A program made the position numbers and the translations under genes. The notes beneath the pieces were generated by a model. That model searched no databases, was not told the DNA's origin, and was given only the letters and a program-made list of their open reading frames with translations. From the IMG/VR virus record IMGVR_UViG_3300034061_002899: DNA of 64,000 nucleotides; one strand, written 5' to 3'. Positions within the stretch are counted from its first letter, which is position 1. Every line of letters starts with the position of its first letter. The stretch is from a virus. This document shows positions 54,245 through 64,000 of this stretch, piece after piece.

Positions 54245-57200
54245 TTAAATCAATCTGTATTGTGTTGTCCAAACAGTTGAATTACTACTTGCCGGTGTCA
54301 CTTGTAACCTTACAGTTGAACCAACAACGTTGACTGCTAAACTACCTGTATATCCACCTAATTGACTAGATCCATATATTGCATAGTCTGCATTAGTTCC
54401 ATCTGTTACTGCTAAAACAGTTGCTACACTATATTTTGATCCGGTAGAATCAATACCTTTAACCAAATATTCGATACCAGTAACTCCGGTAATATTGAAA
54501 CTAGCAATCGTTTGATTAGCAGAAATAGATGAAGTTGTTAGTGTGCCAGTTGTGATTGTAGTATTAGCAATTACTACTGAAGTATTTGCACTAAATGTAG
54601 GTGAAACAATATTGCCACTAAAGTTAGCTGTATTACCATTGATAAGATTTGTAACGCTGATGTTGTTTGCATTAGCAATATTACCCTGAACAACCAAATC
54701 GTTAGCAAAGTTGCCATAATTAGCAGTTACTAAGTTACCTAAATTAGCATTTAATGCTATAATGTTACCAGTAAAATTAGCTGTATTACCATCTAATTGT
54801 AAATTAACTGTTAAATTACTTGTAGTTATGTTACTTGCAATGTTCGCAAAGTTAGCAATTATTAAATTACCTAAGTTTGCATTGGCAGCAGTTAAGTTGC
54901 CACTGAAGTTTGCAACATTACCACTTAGTGTAGTGTTAACTTGTAGATTTGCTATTACAACGTTACCACTGAAGTTTGCTGTGTTACCACTTAACTCTAA
55001 GTTAACTGTTGCATTGTTTACTAATAAGTTAGCATTTGCGCTGATATTGGCAGCAATAATGTTACCCGACGCTTCAAAGTCAATCGCCGTTACTTTAGCA
55101 TTGCTATTAACATTACCTGCTAATACATTACCTGTCAAGTCTACACTAGTACCAGTTGCCGCACCGATGTTTGGTGTAGTGAACTGAGCATTTGCTTTGA
55201 CGATAACATTACCACCACTGATTTCAGTTGTGATATTATCAACGTTTACACTGAATACTGTACCAGTTAATGTTAAACCTTGGCCTGCTGTATATTCACC
55301 AGCACCACTGAATTGATCCCAAACAATAGGATCTGTACCTACTGTATTAACTTCATCAATCTGCACCCAACCTGTTGAGTTATATGTTGTACCACCAGTA
55401 ACGAATGTAAAATCTCCGCCTTGAATCTCGGCAGCAGTATCAAAGTCAGTAGCACGTGTAAGTGTAGTGCCATTTGTATAGGTATAGATACCATTATGTG
55501 CTGTATTTGCTTCGTCCTTAACAAGAATTCTAAATCCAGAACTAGCAACGTTTACACCGTCGATCAACGTATAAGTACCAGTAGTTATTAATGTTGCGCC
55601 AACACCAGCAGTACCGTTATTGTAAGTTACAACACCACCTGATAAGACAGCAAGTGTGTTTGGAGTTGCGGCACCGCAACTTTCATGCACATTTAGACCT
55701 TGAGCAACATCATCAACATATTGTTTAGTTGCCGCATCACTGGCCAAGTTAGGCATAGCAAGACTTGTGATTCTTACGTTACCAACGTCAACTGTACCGT
55801 TACCAAACGGGCGCAATTGAATATATGTATTACCTGCTTGCTCAGAATATAATTCTAAGTTTCCGCCTTGGGCAGTTACGCTATTACTCTTTACTGCACC
55901 AAATGTACCGTTACCGTTAGCGGTTACATAACCAACAATGTTTGCACCAACATTGCTTAGAACCATTACGTTTCCAAGATTTGGTGAGAACGCAATATTG
56001 CCATTGTTTATGATGTCAATATTTGCACTACCGTTGTATAACTGACTTGTACGAATGTGGTTAGCATCAGCAATGTTGCCCAAGTTTGCATTTAGTGAAC
56101 TAATATTACCACTGAAGTTTGCAACGTTGCCTGACAAGTGATTGTTAACCGTTACGTTTGCACCGCTTAGTGTTACGTTACCTATGAAGTTTGCAGTATT
56201 GCCTGCAAGTTCTAAGTTAACTGTTAAGTTGTTAGTAATTGTGTTACTTGAAATGTTAGCAAAGTTTGCTGTTACTGCATTACTAGTAAATGTATTAGCA
56301 CTTACTACATTTGCACCAGTGAGATTGCCACCGGACATTGTAATGTTGCCACCTGAACCTGTTGTACTTAAGTTACCTGCATTTACATTACCTGCAAAGT
56401 TAGCTGTGTTACCGGCTAGTTCTAGGTTAACTGTAAGATTACTTGCTGTTACATTACTTGAAACGTTTATATAATTAGCTGTTGCTAAGTTACCTAAATT
56501 AGCATTATTAACTGTTAAGTTACCATTTGCAGTTACAGCATTTGAAGTATGGTCAAAAGTAAATCCTGTGCTACCATCAACTAAACCAGCATTAGAGAAC
56601 AATACTGTTGTGTTAGCCGCTGTAATAGTAATATTAGCTTGTACGTTACCAACGAATGTACCTGCTGTTACTGTGCCGCCGGCTGGGAACGTGACGTTAC
56701 CTGTATTATCATAAACAGTACTAAAGCCGTTTGATGTTAGTGTTAGGTTACCAGTGCCGCTATTGATATTTGGTGTCAATAATGTATTAGTTACATTTGC
56801 ATTACCAGTTACAGTCAATACATTTGTTGTATCGTTGAATGTAAAATTAGCACTTGCGCCAAAATTATTTGATCCATCATTGTATTGAATCTGTGTATTT
56901 GATCCAGCCGCTTCTTGCAAGTCCCAAGGTTGACCGTTTGCGTATAATAAGTTGTTTGTGCGTAAGTTACCTACGTTTGCAGTATCAGTAACTTGAAGAT
57001 TGCTTGATACGTTTACAAAATTAGCAGTTGCTAAATTACCTAAATTTGCATTGGCAGCAGTTAAGTTGCCACTAAAGTTTGCAACATTACCATTAACTTG
57101 CTGACTTACGTTTACATAATTAGCAGTTGCTAAGTTACCAAGATTAGCATTTAATGCAATAATATTGCCGGTAAAATTAGCTGTATTACCATCTAATTGT

Positions 57201-58165
57201 AAATTAACTGTTAGATTATTTGTAGTTGTATTACTTGATACATTAACAAAATTAGCGGTTGTTGCGTTACCTAAATTAGCATTTCCAACTGTCAAATTTC
57301 CTGTAGTGAGAATACCGTCACTAAATTCAACTAAACCATTAGCATTAAATGTGGTTGTATAACCATTAGCATTAATAACAAAAGTGCTTGCACCACTGTT
57401 AATATTAGCTGTATTTACAGCTCCAGTTATATTAGCATTGCCGTTAACTGTTAATAAATTTGTACTAGGATTAAAAGTAAAGTTTGCACTTGCACTGAAG
57501 TTATCACCTTCATTAAATTGAATCTCTGTATTTGCGCCGGCCGCTTCTTGTAAATCCCAAGGCTGACCATTAGCATATAATAAATTGTTAGTTAAAACAT
57601 TACCAGCTGATACATTGCCGTCGATATTAGCAGTATTTGCAAATACATTGTCCCAACGTGCTAGTGAATTACCTAAACTAAAACCACCAGAGAATGGATT
57701 TGCATTAGAATTGAATCGTGTGATTTGAGTATTAGGAGCAACAATCAAATCTACAGTAGATGGAGTAACTAGATAATTATTGACACTAATATTTCCTGTA
57801 GCAGTAATATTTGCACCAGTTATATAACCAGCAACATTCATCCCTGTGCTAGTAAATGTAGCAATGTTTGTAGTACCACCTACGCTAATAATAACATTAC
57901 TATTAGCAAGAACTTGAACATTACTGTTACCATTAGCTAGTTGTGCAGTGTTAATTGTAGTGAACGATAAGTTGCCGGCGCCGTCAGTTTGAATTACTTG
58001 ACCAGCTGTACCGCCGGTAATAATAACATTACTAATTGCGTTTAGATTTGCTTTGCCGGTAGTCGTAATGTTATTCGTAGTAACATCACCGTTCGCTAAT
58101 ATAATATTAGCGGGTGTTTCACCTACTGAGAAACCTGCTACCGAGTTTAGGGGTTTTAGTGCCAT
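54245..58165 (-). CDS. Asn-rich tail fibre-like protein (1306 aa)
   Basis: GNTANF/ANLGN repeats; one DAATKQYVDD domain. Confidence 0.75.
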   Translation of the reverse strand: MALKPLNSVAGFSVGETPANIILANGDVTTNNITTTGKANLNAISNVIITGGTAGQVIQTDGAGNLSFTTINTAQLANGNSNVQVLANSNVIISVGGTTNIATFTSTGMNVAGYITGANITATGNISVNNYLVTPSTVDLIVAPNTQITRFNSNANPFSGGFSLGNSLARWDNVFANTANIDGNVSAGNVLTNNLLYANGQPWDLQEAAGANTEIQFNEGDNFSASANFTFNPSTNLLTVNGNANITGAVNTANINSGASTFVINANGYTTTFNANGLVEFSDGILTTGNLTVGNANLGNATTANFVNVSSNTTTNNLTVNLQLDGNTANFTGNIIALNANLGNLATANYVNVSQQVNGNVANFSGNLTAANANLGNLATANFVNVSSNLQVTDTANVGNLRTNNLLYANGQPWDLQEAAGSNTQIQYNDGSNNFGASANFTFNDTTNVLTVTGNANVTNTLLTPNINSGTGNLTLTSNGFSTVYDNTGNVTFPAGGTVTAGTFVGNVQANITITAANTTVLFSNAGLVDGSTGFTFDHTSNAVTANGNLTVNNANLGNLATANYINVSSNVTASNLTVNLELAGNTANFAGNVNAGNLSTTGSGGNITMSGGNLTGANVVSANTFTSNAVTANFANISSNTITNNLTVNLELAGNTANFIGNVTLSGANVTVNNHLSGNVANFSGNISSLNANLGNIADANHIRTSQLYNGSANIDIINNGNIAFSPNLGNVMVLSNVGANIVGYVTANGNGTFGAVKSNSVTAQGGNLELYSEQAGNTYIQLRPFGNGTVDVGNVRITSLAMPNLASDAATKQYVDDVAQGLNVHESCGAATPNTLAVLSGGVVTYNNGTAGVGATLITTGTYTLIDGVNVASSGFRILVKDEANTAHNGIYTYTNGTTLTRATDFDTAAEIQGGDFTFVTGGTTYNSTGWVQIDEVNTVGTDPIVWDQFSGAGEYTAGQGLTLTGTVFSVNVDNITTEISGGNVIVKANAQFTTPNIGAATGTSVDLTGNVLAGNVNSNAKVTAIDFEASGNIIAANISANANLLVNNATVNLELSGNTANFSGNVVIANLQVNTTLSGNVANFSGNLTAANANLGNLIIANFANIASNITTSNLTVNLQLDGNTANFTGNIIALNANLGNLVTANYGNFANDLVVQGNIANANNISVTNLINGNTANFSGNIVSPTFSANTSVVIANTTITTGTLTTSSISANQTIASFNITGVTGIEYLVKGIDSTGSKYSVATVLAVTDGTNADYAIYGSSQLGGYTGSLAVNVVGSTVRLQVTPASSNSTVWTTQYRLI

Positions 58166-58198
58166 GATTGTATCCTATTATCTATATTTATCTACTTT

Positions 58199-60001
58199 TT
58201 ATTCTGCATATACTGTAATCAACATTTTATATGTGATTGGATTTGCAGAATTTGGAGTTACTTTGAGTTCCAATGATGCTGGAGTTATGATATTACCTGC
58301 GTTGTAATCCACTTCAAAATTACCCACACCACCATTTACAAACAAACTTGCATATTCAGTAAATTGAACTGTTCCGTTGTAATATAATGAACTAATTTTG
58401 CATGATTGTCTACTAGGTCCAGCTGGCTCAGTAGCAATGATTTCAAATTCAACACCTGATAAATCGTCTACAGGAACTGAATATAATAGTTGACCCGGTG
58501 CTGTACTTGCAGTTGAGGCAAAATATACTAAGCTAGTAGACCATTTATAAACTCCAGCTCCCATTTGAAAACTATTTGCAATTAAGTTTCCACCTACTTG
58601 AAGTACTTTGGTATAATCATTATACGTTAAGAAAGCACTACCACCAAATTCACCACCATTATTAAACTGAACTTGGGTATTAGAGCCGCCCGGAACACCA
58701 TTACCTCCGCCCCCGCCAGTTGACCAACTTAAATTACCAGACCCATCAGTTGCCAAAACTTGTCCATTAGTACCACCTAAGATACGCAAGTTTGCTACGT
58801 TACCCAGGTTAACACTAGTAGATCCAAAGAAGTTAGCACTAGTATTACTTCTAATTTGCGGTACTGTTAATCTTCCAGTACCAGTATCATATTGGAATGT
58901 GTTATCACCACCGAAGTCTCCGCCACTATTAAACTGCACAGATTGATTATTACCACCAGGTGATCCACCGCCACCACCACCGCCAGTTGACCAATACAAA
59001 TTACCGGTACCGTCAGTAGTAATAACTTGTCCACCAAGGCCACCCGTGATGTGAATATTTGCCAAAGTACCTAAAGATATATTTGGACTTCCTGCACTAT
59101 TCAAATTGCCAGCAACTCTTAATACCGCAGAGTTATTAATTGTTAAGTTACTACCTATAGTAACTAAATTTCTAAACGCACCATTGGATGCAGTTATATT
59201 CGAACTTAAACTTAAATTGCCACCTGAGTAATCACCTGAAATTGCAATATTTGCAGTACTAGTTAAATTACCAGACAATGCTAAACTAGTAAGAGTACCT
59301 ACAGAAGTAATGTTTGATTGATTTGGTTGTGATACAAAGTTTGCAACATCAATACTAATACCAGTTATATAGGAACCATTACCTATAAAATAATCGGCTG
59401 TTATATTACCATTTGCTGTAATGTTTTCTACAGCAGAAATATTACCTAAAACATTTAAATTACCATATGTAGTAATAGTATCATCTGAACTATTACCAGC
59501 AGAAATGTTTTCTACATATAATGTATTTGTGTTTTTATCATATGTAAATCCAGCGTCACCACCAAATGACCCTGCGTCATTGAACTGAATTTGTGTATTA
59601 CTGCCACCAGGACTACCATTACCACCACCATTACCTGTTTGTGCTGTCCAAGTTAAATTACCAGTACCATCTGTTTGTAGTACGTATCCGTTTAGTCCAC
59701 CACCGATGCTAAGTCTAGATACATTACCTAATGATAGTATATTACCATTCCAAGTTACGTTAGGTATACCACCTAATGCACCGTTGTTGTTAAATTGTAA
59801 TTGAGTATTACTACCACCTGGATTAGCGTTGAATGGTTGACCATTAGCATAGAAAAAACTATTTGCGTAAACTTTGTTAGCAGTTACATTACCTGTTAAA
59901 TTTAAAAAATTAGAAACTACGTTTCCACTACTATCAATAACTGTGACGGCAGGTATTCCTACGGAGTACCCAGTTAACGTATTGAATAATTCTGATGCCA
60001 T
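58199..60001 (-). CDS. tail fibre-like protein
   Basis: Repeated PGGSNTQ.QFN.GG.FGG and TDG.GNL.W motifs. Confidence 0.75.
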   Translation of the reverse strand: MASELFNTLTGYSVGIPAVTVIDSSGNVVSNFLNLTGNVTANKVYANSFFYANGQPFNANPGGSNTQLQFNNNGALGGIPNVTWNGNILSLGNVSRLSIGGGLNGYVLQTDGTGNLTWTAQTGNGGGNGSPGGSNTQIQFNDAGSFGGDAGFTYDKNTNTLYVENISAGNSSDDTITTYGNLNVLGNISAVENITANGNITADYFIGNGSYITGISIDVANFVSQPNQSNITSVGTLTSLALSGNLTSTANIAISGDYSGGNLSLSSNITASNGAFRNLVTIGSNLTINNSAVLRVAGNLNSAGSPNISLGTLANIHITGGLGGQVITTDGTGNLYWSTGGGGGGGSPGGNNQSVQFNSGGDFGGDNTFQYDTGTGRLTVPQIRSNTSANFFGSTSVNLGNVANLRILGGTNGQVLATDGSGNLSWSTGGGGGNGVPGGSNTQVQFNNGGEFGGSAFLTYNDYTKVLQVGGNLIANSFQMGAGVYKWSTSLVYFASTASTAPGQLLYSVPVDDLSGVEFEIIATEPAGPSRQSCKISSLYYNGTVQFTEYASLFVNGGVGNFEVDYNAGNIITPASLELKVTPNSANPITYKMLITVYAE

Positions 60002-60101
60002 AGTATGTCCCGAAATTGTTATATTAATAATATATTTATCAAAATATTATGTTTTATACCATAGAAAAAAACACCCAGGAGATCTTTTTTCTAAATACAA
60101 C

Positions 60102-60467
60102 ATGTTAACAAGACAACCATCGAGACCACTATGTACTCATTGTAAAGTATCATTAGCAAAAGCTAATGGTGTCAGTAAGCATGGGTTTAAGAAATGGCAC
60201 AAGTACTGTGTTGATTGTGCTAAAGGTGCATACAATACTAAGTATGGATACTTATTACACAAGAAAAACAAATGTGAGAAGTGTGGATTTGTTCCAGAAG
60301 ATAGTTGTCAACTTGATATTATATACAAAGATGGTAATAAAAAGAACAAAGATAAAAGTAACTTAAAAACATTATGTGCTAATTGCAATAGGTTGCACAC
60401 AAAGAAAAATAAAGAAAAGAAAAAATCTATCTTAGATATCACTGTTGATAGTGACTATACGCTTTAA
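60102..60467 (+). CDS. Zn-binding, degenerate HNH-like protein
   Basis: CEKCGF...QLDIIYKDGN...NLKTLCANCN; start after CTAAATA. Confidence 0.6.
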   Translation: MLTRQPSRPLCTHCKVSLAKANGVSKHGFKKWHKYCVDCAKGAYNTKYGYLLHKKNKCEKCGFVPEDSCQLDIIYKDGNKKNKDKSNLKTLCANCNRLHTKKNKEKKKSILDITVDSDYTL

Positions 60468-60835
60468 TAGCTTTTTTCTTCAATTATAGTACTACCAACG
60501 ATTGTATTGATTCTGCGTTTGATTTCAGCACGTAAATCATTCTTAAGATAGACTTGTCTTGCGGCTTCGATAAACTCTTCACCAAAAGTTTTATTTTTTT
60601 CACATTCACGTTTGAGATTTTCAATGTGCCATAATCGTCTATTGACAAGTTTTAGTGTTTCACGTTCAGGAACTATATCAGGAATAGTTAGTGCATCCAA
60701 TGTATTATTCAGATGAGTTAACTCTGTTTTAACGTTTTCTAATTTAGTAGAATCTGTTAAAAACTCTAATTTAAGTTCCAAAATAGTAATCTTGTCTATT
60801 AGTTCACCTAATGAGATTGGCGCATGTATAATCAT
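60464..60835 (-). CDS. DUF6165-like protein
   Basis: PISLGELIDKITILELK...LWHIE...ARQVY..ND.R..IKRRIN...EEKSY. Confidence 0.7.
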   Translation of the reverse strand: MIIHAPISLGELIDKITILELKLEFLTDSTKLENVKTELTHLNNTLDALTIPDIVPERETLKLVNRRLWHIENLKRECEKNKTFGEEFIEAARQVYLKNDLRAEIKRRINTIVGSTIIEEKSY

Positions 60836-60839
60836 AAGA

Positions 60840-61547
60840 TTATATAGTGCGTATTTTAGCTAATCTAAAAAATCTAAAAATTGATAACCACATATAACCT
60901 ATATCAAACTCAAACCAACGTCTACTTAACTTTGGATTAGCGGGTTCTAAATGATGATTGTTGTGTAGTTCTTCGCCACCTATAATAATTCCAATTGGAA
61001 TCATGTTTGTACTGTAATCTTTACTGTCCCCGTTTCGATAACCCCATGTGTGACCTACACCATTAATAACTCCGGCCGCCCAAAATGGTATCCAAATCAT
61101 CTGTACTAACCATATCAAAATACCAATAGGACCAAATAGTAAAACATCTATTAATAACATTAATACCACACCCGCATAGTTATAAGGTGTGTATAATTTT
61201 CTTTCTAACCAATCATCAGGTGTGTCTCTACCAAAATTAACTATCATTTTAGCGTTCTTACCTGCAACATAATAGTAATATACACCTCTGAATAATATAT
61301 TCCATATACCATATAATACAGGACTGTGTGGATCTCCTTCTTTGTCAGTCGCACTATGATGCTTTCTATGTATAGCGACCCATTGTTTAGTAATCATACC
61401 GGTCGTTAGCCACAACCAAAAACGCATGAAGTGACTTAATATGGGATTGAATTCGATTGCTTTATGTGCTTGACCTCTATGTAAGAACAGAGTAACACAT
61501 ACTATAGTGATGTGTGTAACTATCAAAGTGTATAATATTTCGTTCAT
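60840..61547 (-). CDS. membrane acyl desaturase (DesA-like)
   Basis: LHRGQAH, HRKHH, GGEELHNNHH; WAAGVING.GH. Confidence 0.9.
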   Translation of the reverse strand: MNEILYTLIVTHITIVCVTLFLHRGQAHKAIEFNPILSHFMRFWLWLTTGMITKQWVAIHRKHHSATDKEGDPHSPVLYGIWNILFRGVYYYYVAGKNAKMIVNFGRDTPDDWLERKLYTPYNYAGVVLMLLIDVLLFGPIGILIWLVQMIWIPFWAAGVINGVGHTWGYRNGDSKDYSTNMIPIGIIIGGEELHNNHHLEPANPKLSRRWFEFDIGYMWLSIFRFFRLAKIRTI

Positions 61548-61617
61548 TAAATATTTAACCCAAAAAACATAGTCTACTACTCTAGCTATTACTATATGTG
61601 TAAGATATTTTCAGCCA

Positions 61618-61643
61618 ACAAAAAAGCACTACAAATAGTGCTT
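61618..61643 (-). terminator. intrinsic terminator
   Basis: AAGCACTA-TTTG-TAGTGCTT followed by TTTT. Confidence 0.65.
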
Positions 61644-61677
61644 GATTGTAACTTCCCATCCCGTTGAGATATTGTAT

Positions 61678-62430
61678 TTATGCTAGTTTACGCTTTTTGC
61701 CACCAAGTTGCCAACCATCATCTAAGTAACACTGTAGTGTGTCTTTCTTTACTTTCTTCTCAATATTATCTTTGTTGATACTTATATTACCTAATACAGC
61801 ATTGGCTACATTAGCTCCGTGTGTCTTTACTTTTGCTACACCTTTTTGTTTTACTGAACGTTTTAGCTTTTCTTCTTCACTCATAGGACCTTTAGGTTTA
61901 CCTTTAAGTGCTAGACTTTTTTTCAGTTTTGTTTCTTCACTTTGTTTAGTACCTATCATTTTTGCTACTCTTTTTTGTTGTCCTATTGCTTGTTTTGCTG
62001 GATCTATTTTTCTGTTGCGAGTTCTTTCTCTATGTTTTTCTAGTTCAACTCCTTCTAGTATACGACCTTTGTTCCATGCAGGTCTACCCTTCATTCTTTT
62101 ACTATGATTTTCTGCGTGTTCTATTCTATATTTTTCATACACTCTTGCTGTAATCTTTGTATGATAGCGTTCTTGATATCTGTTCTCTGCTTTCATTCCG
62201 TTAAGTGCATATAACATTTTACTTCTATCTTCACCTTCTGTCATCTTAATCAACAACCAATGACATATGAAATGTTCTCTTGCGGTTAGTTGTACTAGAT
62301 TTTCTTTATCATTACTACCACCCATTGATTGAGGGATGATATGATGTAGTTCTGTATAGTCCTCAATAATGCGTTGCTTTGCATTAGAAGTTATTCTATA
62401 ATAGAGTTTGGAATATTTGTTTGTAAGCAT
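61678..62430 (-). CDS. HNH homing endonuclease with NUMOD3-like repeats
   Basis: ELHHIIPQSMGGSNDKENLVQLTAREHFICHWLL; SEETKLKKS; TATAAATA 5 nt before ATG. Confidence 0.85.
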   Translation of the reverse strand: MLTNKYSKLYYRITSNAKQRIIEDYTELHHIIPQSMGGSNDKENLVQLTAREHFICHWLLIKMTEGEDRSKMLYALNGMKAENRYQERYHTKITARVYEKYRIEHAENHSKRMKGRPAWNKGRILEGVELEKHRERTRNRKIDPAKQAIGQQKRVAKMIGTKQSEETKLKKSLALKGKPKGPMSEEEKLKRSVKQKGVAKVKTHGANVANAVLGNISINKDNIEKKVKKDTLQCYLDDGWQLGGKKRKLA

Positions 62431-62472
62431 AATAGTATTTATACACAATCTCACGTTTCACTATCATAACAT

Positions 62473-62499
62473 AAAAAAAGAGCACCGAAGTGCTCTTTT
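62473..62499 (-). terminator. intrinsic terminator after capsid gene
   Basis: AAAAGAGCAC-TTCG-GTGCTCTTTTTTT. Confidence 0.85.
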
Positions 62500-62540
62500 G
62501 ATTGTTGATTGCCCCGAAAGACAATCGGATGTGTCCAATT

Positions 62541-63737
62541 TCACTGAAAAGTTAAATTTTGGACCGCAATTTCACCAACGTAATCGGCTGCGTTACCGAA
62601 AGATGACGCAGTATTAGTAAGCTCTATGTACCCGTAACGAGTCATAAATGATACGACTGGCTCGAATGTTGATGGATCTAGAACAACTCCACTGCTCATC
62701 AATGGGATGTATGGGCAATAGAATGCTGCCGCGTCAGTCTCACTAGAACCTTTGTAACCAACCAATACTGGCTGAGTGTCAGGAGCGTAAGAGTTAACGA
62801 ATACACGCATTGCACCGTTCAATGTACCAACGAACTTAGTGTTAGTTGGAGCTTCGAAAGTACCTTCTGTTGTACGAGCAAAAGCTGAAGTAGTTGCAGA
62901 TTGCAATACTGTCAATGATGCTGGAGAAACAACAGCCCAGTTACCTGCGCCACGACGTGTACGTTGGGCGATCAAGTTAGCAACACGATTGATCAAAACT
63001 GCCAATGCGGCATGCTCGTCACCAACGTATGTAGCTGTACCAGATACAGTAGCTTGGTTAAATGTGTACTCAGTTGTAGCTAAAGTAGCTAAAGACAATA
63101 GAATCTCTTGGTCGATCTCAGCAGTAATTTCTTGTGCTAGAGCGGCCATGATTTCTGCCTCAACGTCAATACCATGTTGGCTTTGAGCGTCTTGGGCAGC
63201 TTCGAATGTCCAGCGAGCTTGTAACTTACGTGACTTAGCTTCAACAGCTTGACGCAAGATTTGTACGCTGATTTGTTTACCGCCATTGCCTTCTAAAGAA
63301 GCAGTGTCAGCACCAGTGTAGAAGTTAGTTGATGTATCATCTTTAGCTGTGCGTGAATATGCTTGTGCAATTAAGAACGGGCTTAATGCTTCTTGACCAG
63401 CAGTAACGCTTGTTTGAGCGGCACTGTTGTCTGTCAAGTTGTTTGCATAACGTACACGTAAAGTGTGAATTTGACCAACTGGTCCTGTCATTGGCTGAAC
63501 ACCAACCAACTCGTTAGCGATAACTGTTGGCATGACACGACGGATAACTGGAAGAATCACACGGTTTAATGTAGCGATGTTGCCAGATGTTGTAGTACCA
63601 GCTGAAGATTCAGCCAATAACTGCTTTTTGGTGTTTTCTAAAATAACACCCATAGTTGAGCGGCGAGTGCCCTTTAAGCCTTCTAACAGAGCTTCTTTGG
63701 TCTCGTCCCAACGGCTTTCTAATAGAACTTTTGACAT
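62541..63737 (-). CDS. T4-like major capsid protein (gp23 family)
   Basis: GVQPMTGPVGQI, AKSRKLQARWT.EAAQD, FYCPYIPL, FMTRYG. Confidence 0.95.
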   Translation of the reverse strand: MSKVLLESRWDETKEALLEGLKGTRRSTMGVILENTKKQLLAESSAGTTTSGNIATLNRVILPVIRRVMPTVIANELVGVQPMTGPVGQIHTLRVRYANNLTDNSAAQTSVTAGQEALSPFLIAQAYSRTAKDDTSTNFYTGADTASLEGNGGKQISVQILRQAVEAKSRKLQARWTFEAAQDAQSQHGIDVEAEIMAALAQEITAEIDQEILLSLATLATTEYTFNQATVSGTATYVGDEHAALAVLINRVANLIAQRTRRGAGNWAVVSPASLTVLQSATTSAFARTTEGTFEAPTNTKFVGTLNGAMRVFVNSYAPDTQPVLVGYKGSSETDAAAFYCPYIPLMSSGVVLDPSTFEPVVSFMTRYGYIELTNTASSFGNAADYVGEIAVQNLTFQ

Positions 63738-63766
63738 TTTATATTTCTCCTAAATTATGTCTTTTT

Positions 63767-64000
63767 TTAAAGCCCTGCCAGACGCTTGATATCGATAACG
63801 TTGTCACGTTGGTCCATATCAACTTCTTGATGTTTGGCAGATTTATCACCAGTAACTTCTTGTACGCTTTCACGGATCATAGCCTTTGCAGGCTTTTTCT
63901 CTGTGCCATTGTTCAAGACGGCTGGTAGATACTTATCGAAAGTGCTTTGCAATTTTGGTGTTTGCACACTTTCTAGTAGGCTCTTCATTACTGAAGCCTT
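63767..64000 (-). CDS. prohead core/scaffold protein (partial, 5' end outside window)
   Basis: Directly upstream of the capsid gene; ends IKRLAGL. Confidence 0.6.
   Translation of the reverse strand, partial: KASVMKSLLESVQTPKLQSTFDKYLPAVLNNGTEKKPAKAMIRESVQEVTGDKSAKHQEVDMDQRDNVIDIKRLAGL

Noticed and set aside
41001-60001. Numerous plus-strand ORFs rich in LPV/PT within the fibre genes
   Set aside because: Antisense shadows of repetitive Gly/Asn/Thr codons.

Overview
AT-rich, 64 kb segment of a large T4-like (gp23-type capsid) tailed phage genome, almost entirely coded on the minus strand. The host-like genes (IscU, omega, NrdAB, glutaredoxin, desaturase) suggest a proteobacterial host, by inference. 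From right to left it carries: prohead core (partial), major capsid protein, HNH homing endonuclease, acyl desaturase, a block of Gly/Asn/Thr-rich tail fibres (up to 3714 aa), nrdA/nrdB/glutaredoxin, PAAR, a probably split virion protein bracketing a 2OG-Fe(II) oxygenase, SleB-like hydrolase, HNH plus iscU, an accessory enzyme region (desaturases, PP-loop, SGNH-like, 2OG-oxygenase-like, sulfotransferase-like), a ~10.5 kb array of 27 tRNA genes covering all 20 amino acids interleaved with structured non-coding elements, rpoZ, a sugar-nucleotide cluster and small early-type genes. Three signals stand out. (1) An unannotated 45-codon leader ORF containing all 20 amino acids, whose last codons can pair with an intrinsic terminator at the head of the tRNA array: a candidate ribosome-mediated attenuator sensing general tRNA shortage. 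(2) An iscU gene carrying a 9-nt insert (GGT-TAG-TTA-GGT) next to an HNH endonuclease, suggesting ribosomal stop-hopping or a split gene. (3) Families of repeated structured RNAs between the tRNAs. All calls come from manual reading of the sequence; no searches were run.
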